From the human T2T-CHM13v2.0 reference genome, Homo sapiens, in assembly GCF_009914755.1 (NCBI RefSeq), contig NC_060927.1: a DNA stretch of 64,000 nucleotides; one strand, 5' to 3'. Positions 13,752 through 27,760 of the stretch are shown here, piece by piece. How positions within the stretch are numbered: position 1 is the first letter of the stretch; every line of letters begins with the position of its first letter. The notes under the pieces were generated by a model, which saw only the letters and a list, made by a program, of their open reading frames with translations, searched no databases and was not told the DNA's origin. Position numbers and translations under genes: made by a program.

Positions 13752-15167
13752 TTACATATTTTATTTTACAAAATAAAATATATATGTAATATATATATAT
13801 AATCCCCATAATTTCAAAATTTATAAAAATTTCAGCATAGGGTAGTTTTTCTCACTCATCTACAAACATAATCAGAATTTACAACATGGCCTTGACAACA
13901 ATTTTATTATACATCCTAAATTCTCAGTGACTCTAATTAAATATTTTAATAGCTCTATAGTGAAATTAATGCTTAGGGCAGTAATCATTTGACTACTATA
14001 AATCATGTAAAGCTAAAAGTTTAGTAATATAGCTTATAGGTTGATAATCCAGAAGAGAAATATATTTTTATTTTAATGGGAAGAGACATCTTACTGTGTG
14101 CTTTTAAAATAAATTAGGTTTAAGAAGTCTACAAATTCTGAAAAGTTACAGGAAAAAAAAAGGATCCATTAATCAAAATTGTGTGACATGAAAAAATTTC
14201 ATTTTTCAGAATGATCTTTAAGAAGATAAAACTTTCAACAGGGATCACAAGAGCTGGGTTGTTTAATTTGCAGTAGAATTTTTGAAATCTGGAGGAAGGA
14301 TGACACTCAAATCAGATGTATGCACTTGACTTGTCAATGTAATGGAAAGTTACTTCGGGCAATGATCCCAATAATGCCACAGCTTGGGTGGGAAGTTTAC
14401 AAGGAAAAACAGGAAGTGATGCCAGGGATCACAAAAGGACACTTCCCTTTTGACTGGAATGAGTATTTTACAAATCAAGGAGTGCTATGCATCCAGGGTG
14501 AGGCAGGGGGAGGCAGAGTGTCTCTCAGAAAAGCCTGTAACCTGTGGTCTCACACAGTGACTTCAGAACTTGTGGAATTTTGAATACTGTATCCAATTAG
14601 GAAAGTATCCTTTTTGTGTTCACATACTACAGAATGCAGTCCATATCAGTGTTAACTTTTATTTCTTAATCATTCTGTATTAGGCATCAAAAAGCCTACT
14701 ACTGCTTGCCCAAAATCATTCAGGGAATTAAAAAGTTCTCTCTTTACTTACTCTTACAGTTTTATTTTGACAGACAATGTTGCACCGTATCCAATTTAAA
14801 TTTGTGATGACAGTGGATTTGGGCGTGCAAATGTGACAGAGAACTTTCTCTTTCTCCCCCTCCTTCTACACCACACACCTACCCCTACGTATATAGCTGC
14901 GTGTGTGTGTGTGTGCTGTCTCCTGAGCTATGTCATGATCTTGGATGTGTGTCTGTGGGGCCCCAGTGTTGCTGCTGTGGGCTTTTTGCAACAACTATAA
15001 AATTCAGTGCATTATCCTCATCTCGCTATAACAGCAAACATCGAAGTATCACAGAATCAAAGGAATTAGTTGAAAATAATTTCATAGACAGAGGTACTTA
15101 GCTTTTTATAGCTCTGGCTCAACTTGAATATCAATCTATATTAGGTCCTTTAAAAAAAAATTTAATA

Positions 15168-15496
<329 letters not shown>

Positions 15497-15987
15497 TTAG
15501 AAGGTAAACTTATAGCTAACTTTCTTCTTGGCAAAAAATCAGGATGCTATATATACACCACTATATATTTGAGCACACACATGTAGCTACATATGTAGGG
15601 GTGGGTGTGTGGTGTAGAAGGAGTGAGAGAAAGTCTGTCACACTTGCATGCCCAAATCCACTGTCATCATAAATTTAAATTACATATATAGGTGTGTGTA
15701 TATATATAATGGTATATATATATTATATACATTAGTTTGCTATATATAATAATAGCATGTGTATATATATATAAAATCATCCTAATTTTTTATCAAGAAT
15801 ACAGTTAACTATAAGTTTACCTCCTAACCTAGGAACCATCTCATTAAGTTTTTTTAAAGGATCTAATATATATATTATTCTAATATGTATAATTCTAATA
15901 TATAATATATTCCAATTATATACATTTTAACAAATATAAATATAAGTAAATAAATATACATTTTCTAACTATATAGTTAGAAAATAA

Positions 15988-16278
15988 GACTGGGCACGGT
16001 GGCTCATGCCTGCAATCCCAACACTTAAGAAAGCTGAGGCAGGTGGATCACTTGAGTTTAGGAGTTCAAGATGAGTCTGGGTAATACAATGAAACCCTGT
16101 CTCTCCAAAAAAATACAAAAAAATTATCCAGGCATGGTGGTGCACACTGGTAGTACAGCTACCTGGGAAGGCTGAGGTGAGAGGATCACCTGGGAGGCAG
16201 AGGCTGCCTGCAGTGAGCTGTTTAGTCCAGCCAGAGTGAAACTCTGTCTCAAAAACAAGCAAAAAGAAAAGAAAAGAA
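15988..16278 (+). mobile_element. AluJ (diverged, small internal deletion)
   Basis: ggatcacttgagtttaggagttcaag, gaggatcacc, gaggctgc. Confidence 0.9.
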
Positions 16279-16411
16279 CACTTACTTGCTTCTTTTCTCA
16301 AATATTGCCTTTTCAGTGAGACCTCCCTTACCTAAAATTTCTACCTGTTCCTCCCACCTGCTAACACTTCATATTCCTCTTACCTGCTTTATTTTATCTT
16401 TCTTGCATTTA

Positions 16412-16716
<305 letters not shown>

Positions 16717-16959
16717 AATAAGCTACACTTTTTTCTTAACTTTTTTATTGTCTTTTCTCACCAGTAGAAGAGAAAGACCATAAGGGCAGGAATTTTTGTC
16801 TGTCTTGTTGACTAGTGTATTTCCTGAGGCTCGAACAATATCCGGCGCATAGTTGGGGCTTAAAAATCATTTGCTAAATCAATGAATAAAGGAAGGAAGG
16901 AAAGTAGGAAGAAAATCGAAGAAGAAGATTAGGGAAAGGCACTCTATACAATAATGTTT

Positions 16960-17190
16960 AAAGATGTAATTCTAGAATCAGGCTGTTTGGATTTAAAATC
17001 CATCTATGCCTTGTATTGGTTGCATAACCTTAAGCAAGCTACTTACACTCTCTTCTTTTTCTCATCTGTAAAATGGGCAAATACTGGAACTATCTTGCAG
17101 TGTTGCAAAGATTAACTAAAGTAATCCTTACATAGAATTTAGCATCATTTTTGAAACAATATGCAGTAAACAAATGTTAACTAATAGTAT
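16960..17190 (+). mobile_element. MIR
   Basis: accttaagcaagctactt...ctcatctgtaaaatggg. Confidence 0.75.
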
Positions 17191-17939
17191 CATCATCATC
17201 TTCTTCTTCACCAGAACTATCACCTTTGTCCCAATTTTATGAGGCTAACATTAGATAACAGTCATTAATGGTTATTTTTAAATACTTCGGTAACATTTTG
17301 GAGTAAACTCAGAAATTATTTCAATTTCCCTTTACATACTTCTATCTGGCTACACAATTACCCTAGCATCCAAAAATAATTGTTTCCTGCCTTCCCACCT
17401 TCTTTTGTGAAAGAGTGTGAATTGTGTGCCCAGTTACCTTTAGCCCCCTTGGACCCATGGGCTTTTTGCTGTACTCAAGAGCACAGCTTTTGGAGACGTA
17501 AAGAGATGTTAAAAAAAAAAAAAAAAGCCAGTGGCAGCTCCTGGAAGTCACTCTGGTCTGGTTTTGAATGGGTTGGGCTAAGTGATCACTAAGAATTCAT
17601 CTGGCTGTCAAATCTCACAACTTTTGGCTGACGTGTCCTTCAGGAAAAGGGCAGCAAGAACTGGTAAAATAGAAAAAAAATCACTTAAATTGCTTGCATT
17701 CATTTATTCATTATCTACGTATCCACTTCATTCACTCGTTTATGCATCACTTGCTTCTAAATATTTTTACCCTGTCCAAAAGGCATTATGATGATACAAA
17801 GGTAAATCAGACTTCAGCTCTGTCACCAGGTAGTTTGGCCTTTCCACTATGGCACCAATGAAAGGCAGACTAGATACCTGAAGGAAATGCTTTTTTGTTG
17901 TTGTTTTCTGATATTCTAGTCTTACATTATAGTTGCGCC

Positions 17940-18104
17940 ATCATGTCACTATTTAAATTTTAATTACTTAAAATTATCATTTCCGTAGATCACTAGCTAT
18001 GTTTCAAGTGCTCAATAGCCACATGTGGCTAGAGGCTACCTTACTGGAGAACACAGACAGAGAACATTCGCATCGTCACAGAAAGTTCTATGGGTCAGTG
18101 CTGT
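17940..18104 (-). mobile_element. MER3 (hAT-Charlie)
   Basis: tttcaagtgctcaatagccacatgtggctag...cagaaagttctat..cagtgctg. Confidence 0.8.
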
Positions 18105-19073
18105 GCCACAGAATATGAGTTACTCATCAATTTATAAGTGGTAAATTATTTTCTGAGGTCCAACATAATCTGATATTAGCTAGCTAATTAAAGCAAACTT
18201 AATTGAAATGGCAAACAATAATCATTAGCAGAGATTCAGAATTAGTTTAAAGGTAGCTATGGTTTCGAAATTAATTCCAAACACTGGCTGCCCTCAGTAC
18301 CTTGTTACAGCCTCTTATTCCTGCCATTAGACAACAGTGAAGCCCACATATGGTGCCCTGACTGGTCACATGATTTTTTAATATCCACATGATGGCACTA
18401 AAATGGCCTATTAGATTTACAGTGTCATTAACTTTCCAAAATAAAAATGAGAGTCTGCTCTGGCAGCGGGGAAAAAAAGTGTGAGTGCTGTTGGGTTTTG
18501 GGTAACCAGTCTATGAGGAAATGCTGACAGGGGTCAGTGTGACATCATCTTTCATTCAGCCCCAAAGCTGTCAGGCCCTCCCCAGATGTCTGAAACGCAG
18601 ATATAAATTTTCATTATCCAGCAGCAAAGGGCTAGAGGTACACCAAATGAATTTTTTACCAATCAAATTATAGCTCATTGCCAGATTAAGTGTAAACACT
18701 AATTTTGTGAAGTTTTCTTCTGGTCATTTATCTCCAACTCCACAAAGTAACCTTGCTGAAGCTGGAAAGACTTCTAGATCAAATTATCATTTTCATAATC
18801 TTGTTGCAGACACTGCAAAATTGAATAAAAGGAAATTCCATTAATAATGAACGGTGCCTTCTTTCACGGAACAATTAGATTTTTTTCACATTTTCTAAAA
18901 GAAAATGCAAAGTGAGGAAATACTAAGGGATCACAGAAGAACCATTCTGGACCTCAGTTTCCCCATCTATAAAATGGTGAGACTGGATACAGTAATCGCT
19001 AATTCTGTGGTATAAGAATGACTCTAAGTATCTCTGCTTTCATACTGGCAAATTTCATTTTCAAAGTCCTATA

Positions 19074-19425
19074 TTTTTTTTTTACTATATGTTAAGTTCT
19101 AGGGTACATGTGCACAACATGCAGGTTTGTTACATATGTATACATGTGCCATGTTGGTGTGCTGCACCCGTTGACTCGTCATTTACATTAGGTATATCTC
19201 CTAATGCTATCCCTCCCCCCTCCCCCCACCCCACAACAGGCCCCAGTGTGTGATGTTCCCCACCCTGTGTCCAAGTGTTCTCATTGTTCAATTCCCACCT
19301 ATGAGTGAGAACATGTGGTGTTTGGTTTTCTGTCCTTGTGATAGTTTGCTCAGAATGATGGTTTCTAGCTTCATCCATGTCCCTACAAAGGACATGAACT
19401 CATCCTTTTTTATGGCTGCATAGTA
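19074..19425 (-). mobile_element. Short L1PA (about L1PA4-5) 3' end with perfect TSD
   Basis: aagttctagggtacatgtgcacaac...tatggctgcatagt; TSD tttcaaagtcctatattttt 19059-19078 / 19426-19445. Confidence 0.95.
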
Positions 19426-21543
19426 TTTCAAAGTCCTATATTTTTAACAGGAGGTTTGAAGATAAAGTAACTTCCAATTAAAAAATGTGATAGGTTATAA
19501 AGTTCAACTGTGTATTTATTGCTGGGAAATTAGAACTCATTTCTTGGAGTTAGAACCCTGGGAAATAATGTGACAAATGGTATAGTTTGTCCTAGTTCTA
19601 CTTTAATGTAAAAAGAATTACAGTTATACTATAATAGAACAAATACTCTATTATTGATAGTAATAGTACTACAATATCCAACCACTTGATTTAACAGTAT
19701 GTACATAGGAAAAGGTATTCATGCTTTACTCTGAAAGTCAGAAACTCCATCTCCTCTGATTTGGACCGTGAGCCCCTCTATTCTTCCTCAAGTTCCAAGC
19801 CACTAGTAGTGACTCCCATGACCTCAGGTGGAACCTCCTGTAGGTTAAGTGCCTGGCCAAGAGAAGCAGAGCAACCTGGAACTCCTGCCATTATTAAACC
19901 CCAAAAGCTCTTCACAAGAAAAGGAAGAGTGCTTCAGAATTTTTTTCTGAGCCACTGGAATACTCTAGTTGACTACCGTGCCCTAGGTTTTTTCTATGCC
20001 CCACTGACGGGGGTGCCTTTCATCTAGGATATGGTGTGGTATCGATACTAAGGAGTATGATGGGGAGCTTTCTAGAGGGTAAGAGAGAAAATAATCTGAG
20101 AGGAGATAGAGAACGTCAGCTCCTGCTGGGCCCATTTCAAGCCTTCCTTCCCATCTGCCCTTCATCACCAACAATACTGTTACTGTGTTCTAAAGGGGCC
20201 AAGGAGTATCTGTGGAAGAACAAAGGCCTGGCAGTGATAGAGCATGCAATACTGGCTAAGTGGATGGAAATTCAAAGCAATGGCAAGAAGAAGTCTTGAT
20301 TAAGCTGCAGTGGTCATCCAACACAACGTAAACCCAAATGAGTTGTTTTGGTGTTTGAATGGCTTGAGGGGGATGCCATGGCTTCCTAGGGTTCTCAAAA
20401 CGCAGCCCCAACACTTTCCCAGGCCACTGTCACCCACATATAGAAAAGTACAGTGCTATCCTGAGTCTATCACTTCAGTGGAATATCCTTTCCTTCAGTC
20501 ATCATCTTCAGCTACCCAATAAACCTCACAGTAAAAACTGAGTGGCCATTGGGGATGGGAAGAAGGGAAAGAAATAATTCTCCAGTTTTCACAAATACTG
20601 AGATAGCTCATTGTTTGTAGTGTGACTTAATTTTTGAATAGTTGGCCTGAGTTTAAAATGTATGGCATTCATTATCCACCAGGGACTGAGAAGCAAGGCA
20701 AGGGGGCCCGTAGAGAATCAAGAAACCTGAAAAGCCCCATGGGCTGTAAGACCATCCAGCACTTGGCTAACAGTGCAACAATCTGTTGAGTCGAGCATAA
20801 ACGAAGGATACAAATTAGATTTCCCCTGAAAGCCACAAGATTAAACATTAGGGGGCAAGTTCTTGGCAAAATGTATGTGTGTATTTTCCAAAACCAATCT
20901 TTTTTAAAAAAATTCACAAAGTCTGCTAAATACATTGGTCAGATTTTTCTCATACTTAAATATTTACCTAACTTAAAGAAACGTGATTTTCAGGTATGTC
21001 AAAGCAGAGATGATATTGATAATGCTAACCAATTTATTGATCCAGAGGGCTCCAAAATGAGTTTTATAGAGAATATATTTAGTATCATTATGTGAATTTT
21101 AGCATAAGATCTACTTAACTATGTAATAATAAAAATATAGACACTATGAGAAAAATGTTAAATGCATCCTAAATACAAGTGGAGAGCTATTCGGATTTTA
21201 TGTTCAATATCCCATAGTCTATTAAGAACTAATGTTAGTTAAGTAGAGATTCTGCTGCCCTGGCTGCTTAGAGGGACATGTCTGGACTTGACCATATCCA
21301 AACCAATGGGGATAGAGTGGTTTGAGGTGGGCCAAGGAGAGTCAGGATGATTATTTGTGACTTTTGAAGCACATATGAGAAAAGAAACCCTGTCTTATCA
21401 AGGACTGGTGATCTTAGCTGTATCTTCTCTCAAAACACCCTACACCAAATTCAAAAACAGGGCCCATACCCAAAGATATTCTATTCTACTTTCTTTTCTT
21501 GCTGACAAAGATGAAATATTAGGCAGCTCGTCCTAAGACCCTT

Positions 21544-21842
21544 ATTTGTTTGCTTGTTTGTTTTTACACTGTCTTGCTCTGTCGTCCAGGCTGGAGTGCA
21601 GTGGTGCGATCTCAGCTCACCGCAACCTGTGCCTCCTGGGTTCAAGTGATTCTTCTGCCTCAGCCTCCTGCGTAGCTGGGACTACAGGCATGCACCACCA
21701 CGCCTGGATAATTTTTGTATTTTTAGTAAATAGAGGCTTTCACCATATTGACCAGGCTGGTCTCGAAATCCTGACATCGTGATCCGCCTGCCTCGGCCTC
21801 CCAAAGTGCTGGGATTACAGGCATGAGCCACCATGCCCAGCC
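21544..21842 (-). mobile_element. AluS (Sg-like)
   Basis: Full dimer; TSD aagaccctt 21535-21543 / 21843-21851. Confidence 0.95.
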
Positions 21843-23177
21843 AAGACCCTTGCTTTAAGGGCCACAGACTGGTGCGGGAAATAAGCAACCCACAAAGAGA
21901 ATGGCCCAAAAACTATCTGTGAGGTAGAAGAAGAGAAATCAGCAAAGGACTCCTTATTTTATTACATAAACTTCCATTGTCTCTTTAACATTCTTTAACT
22001 TAACAAATAATTTCTGAGCACGTCCCCATCTTGCCTAACCTAGATGGTCATTTATCTCCTTGTTCTCTTCAAAGTATTCTCTCACCACCCCTGCCTCACA
22101 CTTCTTTTTTAATGCTGGTGCAAAGAGGTAAAATAAATATTATGGGTAACCCTGGATGCATTAAAGGTAACCTTGAACACTACTGTTAGTCTTCATTATA
22201 TCTAATATCACCTGAATAAAAAAAGAATAAGAGTAGAAGTGGAGTGTGAGTTTCCACAGGACCTATAGTCCCTCAGAATAAGTTTTTCTAACTATTATAG
22301 AGATGAATAAAGGAATTTATAATAACTGTATATGAAGTATTTTATCTATTTAAACTTTGTGAATTACGTATTATGAATTTCATAAACTGTAACAATACAT
22401 CTTTTCTGGAACTTCTCCACATTGGTTCTAGGTCTGGAGATGATATTTATCAAATATTTACTATGGGCGAAGGAAGTACAGTTATTCTCCCCGTTTTATA
22501 TATGAGAAAATCAAGTGACAACTTGCCCAAGGTCCTAAAACCAACACCATAACACGGAATTAAAACTAGATTTGTTTCCCTTTAGACATCTATATAAAAT
22601 GTAGATGTATTCTCTTTGTTCAAGAGATTATAAACAATGATCAATAATGGAAAGGGGAATCAAAGGAGTTCTTCAGGTTTCACTTACAGAGGTCTTACAT
22701 AAAGTGCTTATCAACTGGAAGGAATTTAACTGACTGTGCTGAATCTCAGAACTTCATTAAAAGCAGTTCTATTTCTCCCATGTATGGAAGAAAATTTTGT
22801 TTTTGTTTTTTGTATACAGGGCAATGGCAGGAGAATCTCTGAAATCATTTGATTTGAGAGTAGATGTTCATAGGCTATAAAAGGAAATCCTTGCCCTATG
22901 TTTAAGAGGTGTCTAACTTCACCCATCTTTAGTTTTTTCATTGTGTGACCTTAGGCAAGTCATTGGCTGGACACCACAGCTTCCTTTTGTGAAAAAGGAA
23001 TCTTCGGGCAATTTAGTCAAACTCACTATTTTATAAAATAGTCATGGTGATGGATTTCTAGAGAAAGGTGAGAGCAGGCCCAGATTGTACACAGTACTAA
23101 TATTAGCAAGAGCTCACTAATGGGAAAAAGGACTAGATCATTTTTACAGAACAACAAAATAAATATAAACATCTTAC

Positions 23178-23180
23178 CAT
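23178..23180 (-). other. Candidate 3-nt microexon (ATG)
   Basis: Minus strand reads tattttattttgctttttctcAG|ATG|GTAAGA: strong acceptor abutting a consensus donor, with TGC in the polypyrimidine tract. Confidence 0.5.
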
Positions 23181-25058
23181 CTGAGAAAAAGCAAAATAAA
23201 ATACATACTTTCTTCATAATATTTTGATTATAAAATATACCCAGAGAGAGAGAGAGCAGGTACACATATAAATAAATTCTGAATATCATAATCCTTACTT
23301 TTAAAATTCTGTCTCCTACCTGTTGTAATTTTGGTATAATATCCTATTTTTCCTACACCAGAAATTTATTTGCTAAATGCCCTATAGAGTAAATGTTTCT
23401 GAGAATTCTGTATAGATTTTCTTTTCTCTGTATCAGATCATAAGGATTGGTAGGTATCAGTGGGATTTGTTTTCTGGTTATGGGGACAGAGATCTCATGA
23501 ACAGGCTTTGACCCCAACCATCTACCACAAAGTAGCACATTTGAGCTAAACCTTTGCCTTTCCTGAATGGCAGGCTGGACACAAACTTTTGCCCAAGAAA
23601 TGCGTTGGAAAGGGGGAATGGGTGAAAAGTCATTGATATAGATGCAGAACTGTGCAAATCATGGAATAAAATGCTTGTTTTAAAAAGGAAACAAGATTAG
23701 AAAAATGACAACATTTCAAGAGGCACATTCAAGATGTGTTTTCAGAAGTGGGAATCGGCACATAGGAGGCAGGAGGGCAGCATGACCAAACTTGGGATTT
23801 TGTTGCTGTGAAAGTGAGCCCAAAACAAAGGGTGGGTATGGAGCAGTGTCCCTGATGGGAACCATTGTTTTCTCATCCGAAAGTCTTTCTCCCACAGCCC
23901 AAGAACAATTGAGACAAATACATTCAAAGGTCAACAGAACAGACAATGCTGGGAACGCCAGAGAACCTAGTAGCTAGCCCTGTGCTCTCATCACAACAGA
24001 CGGAACCAACAACAGCCCAAGTAGCTACAAGCAATCTGATTACAACAGCCTTGCAGCGTTCCTGAGCAGTTTCTGTGGTTTATACTGAGTTCCTCCTCTA
24101 CTGTAGTCTGTGCCGCAAATCTACCACAGATTTGGCTAAACAGATGATTTTCTTAAAAAGAATTATCTCTGGTGGTTTTGCCATATTCCGGGCAATACTA
24201 TACTAAACAGTCATAATGGAAATACTAGCACAAGACCTGTTTTTTCTAAGCTCAGTGCAATATCTGCTGCCACTTGAATTTGATCATTTAAAGTCACTCA
24301 TCATGCAGGCGTATGTTACGATCAAAGACTAAAAAGGAACTGCAAAGCAGGAGAGGACAGATGACCATGCTTTTATAAACTACAGTTTATGCAAAAACCA
24401 GTTTTTCACGGGGCTTTAAAAAAGGGGAGTTGTATTTTCGTGAGACTACAGTAGACTTTTTCAAGAAAGTAGTGTATTAAAAATAAAAACAGGATAAAAA
24501 TAGAAAAGAAATTTATGAAGGAAATTCAGAGATGTGATTATAACATCACATTAATGACATTACAATTAACCTCAAAGGCATTTCCATGCAAACTTCCCCT
24601 TCCAACGTAAGTCACTCCAGCCAAGGAATAATCCTGTCAGGCTGAAATACTGCATACTTGGTGTGAGTCTAAAAGTGTTTCGGCTTTCTTCATTTTGTTT
24701 TTATTGCCAAGTTGGACAGCATTAGACGGAGCTGTTCTGGAGTTAGAAGGATACAATAGTCTGCAGTTTTAAAAGTTTAAGGCTTTTTATGCTTTTAACT
24801 CAAACACACCTTTTAAATCCCAAATTGGGCCACTCTTGGAGCTCACTGTATGCACTGATATTTTGGCTCACTGGGTGTGATAACAATGGACACAGTGAAG
24901 ATGTTATTCAAAGCTTTTAAAATAAAACACAAAAACACTTGATAAAATAATGCTGATTATATGGCCCAAGCTTTTCACACTCACATATACATGAGTGTTA
25001 ACTGCACTGGCTTGGAAACACTGGTTCTGGCTTTCTAGTCAATGGTCCGTTTACTTAC

Positions 25059-25098
25059 AGTAAAATCTTCCAGAGGGGTTCCATAAAAATCTGCTCTG
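25059..25098 (-). other. Candidate 40-nt (37-nt via NAGNAG) cassette exon
   Basis: ccttttctttacAG|CAGAGCAG...TTTTACT|GTAAGT; all three frames open. Confidence 0.3.
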
Positions 25099-27169
25099 CT
25101 GTAAAGAAAAGGCCAACCTTACCAACTCCTTATACAGGAACTGAAGAGATTCCTTAGGCCTGTTGGGACTGTGATTAAGTTTAGCTAGAAAGTGCCATCC
25201 ACGCATGTGAGATGGTTGGTGACTACCAAACGGGCAAGTGGAGAGGCAGCCAGCAGACACCAAATAAGTCACAAGAGCATCTCAACTAAAATTTCTGAAC
25301 CCAAAGGCTTATGAGACTGAGAAATTATATTCTCTGGTCAGTCATGAAACTTGCTGCTTGGTCTTCTGATCAGAGTTTCCAGGGACTGGCAAGGCTTAAT
25401 CTTAAATCCATGGAGGGGCCGAGGTTACTATCCTGGGTCAGTGATGGTCACTAGCCAGGGAGTTAGGTGAGGGTCCTTAGAGATGAAAGAGGCCCATTGA
25501 GCTGAATGAGGTCTGGATTCTGGTTGTGAATTCTGTTTCTACTACTTTCAATGGCCCTGGTCCCCTCCTGCAGGTCATTTTTAAAAGCTAAGCCTAAAGT
25601 ATCTGAGTGGCTTGGATAAGGTGGCTACTGTGAATATGCCCTCAAGATAGCACTCATGAGTGTGAGATTCTCTGCACTTCAGAAGCCTCTACAACCAGGT
25701 GCTATTATGCTTTAAAACACACTAATATAAGAGACTATGATTTCCTAATCAGTTTCATGGGTTATTTCTCTATTCTTTCAGCTACAATGTTTTTTCATGT
25801 CATAATATAATGTGGGTAAAAAATACTTGCAACATCAAGTTGATTAAACCAAAATAAAACTAAACAAAGAAAATTCCAAATAAAGGAAGATTAAAAATGC
25901 CAAACAGCAGACTTAATTGCATTTTTGAGTTATCTTTCTTTACTCCAATGTCAAGGAAGAATACTTCAGGGGGCTATTTAGGGATAATACTTGAATATAC
26001 AAATACTCTCTTTGGATTTACTTCTATGTTTACAAAAAATTTCTCAGGTGTCTTGAGGCAGCTACCTCTTCTCATAAGCCACTAACTCCTATGTTCACCT
26101 CATTTCCCTCCAGGCCAGAACTTTGAGACCTCTGTCTACCATCTTGGCTTTTCTCTAAATTTCCTCTTTTAGTGCCAAAAAGAAAAAAAAAAAGGTTCTG
26201 GATTGCAAGTTCCCTTTATCAACTTAGCCAGTTTTTTTCTTTCTTGAGATACATGGGATATGAAGCATCTTGCCTCCTTGATGTTATAATAATGCAGTGA
26301 TTTCAACTTATACAGCTGACCTTAGCTTTTCTTTGAGATACCAGGTTAAAAGTGGGCAGATTTTATAAATAGGCCAGTCTTCCTAATGGAAGTTTGAATG
26401 TATCTCCAAGATACCAGTTCATTATGACTTAATTCTCGATTTTGTTATTGATTTATTAAAAAGATGCATAACAAGTATCTTTTAAATATCAAGCTCTAAA
26501 GTAAGTTTTCTCCTCTGAACTCCAACTCACACATATAACTATTTTCTGAAATGGTTTAATTCTGCTCTGAAAGAACCCACAGCAGTAGGAATAATAGGTT
26601 TAGCCTCAAGATTTCTGCTGAAGAGCAGAAAAGAGGCTTCTACCTTTCATGGCCCATGGTCTGACTTTTACCCAAGCCTACTTCAATTTTTAAATTTCCT
26701 AGATGGTCATTTTGAAGGTCAATCATTGGTTCACTTTCACAATGGAGAAGAATAGTTGCCGCAACATACAGAATTGTTTATCTTGCCCCCATTCCCCTCA
26801 CATAAGATCTTCAATGGTTCCCCCACTTTATCATAACTTTGTTATTATCAAAATAACAACACAAATAGAAAATATATTGTCTTTTTAACTTTCACTTTTA
26901 TTAACTTGCCATTCATAGACGTTTGTTTAAATACTCTCTCTTCTCTCATCCTTCATTCATCATAAGAAGCATGCCCTCTACAAAAGATTCCCAAAATATT
27001 CTTGGTGGAAATAAAATCTTTGACAATTCTGGATGTTATTGCATCTATAGTCTTGATCTCTCCAATTTCTTACAATTGTAGTCTTTTTCTGTTTTTCCTT
27101 TTGTTGTGTCTATTGAATAAAATTGGAAGCTTCTCAAATGTAGTGCATGCATAAAGTAAACATGTTGTT

Positions 27170-27760
27170 CATTCTTTCATTTATTCACTTTTTCATTCAT
27201 GCATTCATTCACCCATAAAACATTTATTCAACACCTACTTCCACCAGACACCAGGCTAAATACTGGGGATAAGGAAGTCTACAAGACTCACAAGTTTCTT
27301 GACTTTCAGGAACTTATATTCTGGCAGGACAAGAAGGGAGAGGCACATCATAACAAGTAAATGTAAATAAACTAACAAGTTACTTACAACCTATGGTGAG
27401 TGAGATGAAGGACATTTTTAAAAAATAGGATGATGAAATTAGGAGAAAAAGAAGTAGGAAACTTCAGACAGCTATAGTCAGCTGTAGTCAGAGAAAACAG
27501 CTGTAGTCAGAGAAGTCCCTACTGAGGAAATAATATTTGAGCCAAGACCCAAAAGATGAGAATGAGTCTTCCACACAAAAAGCTAGGGAGAAGCACCCCA
27601 GGAAGAGAAATCTTTGAGGAACAGAATAGAAACCAGTATGATGAAGTCATGAAGTGAGTGAGGGGAATATCAGGAGGTGGAAGACAAATCATACATGGTC
27701 CCATGACCAGAAAAAAAAAAAAAGTGAATATTATTTCTTAAAGCAAGTTCTCAAGATTTT
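27170..27760 (-). mobile_element. L2 3' portion
   Basis: cattcattcacccataaaacatttattcaacacctact...ctgaggaaataatatttgagccaagacc. Confidence 0.75.
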
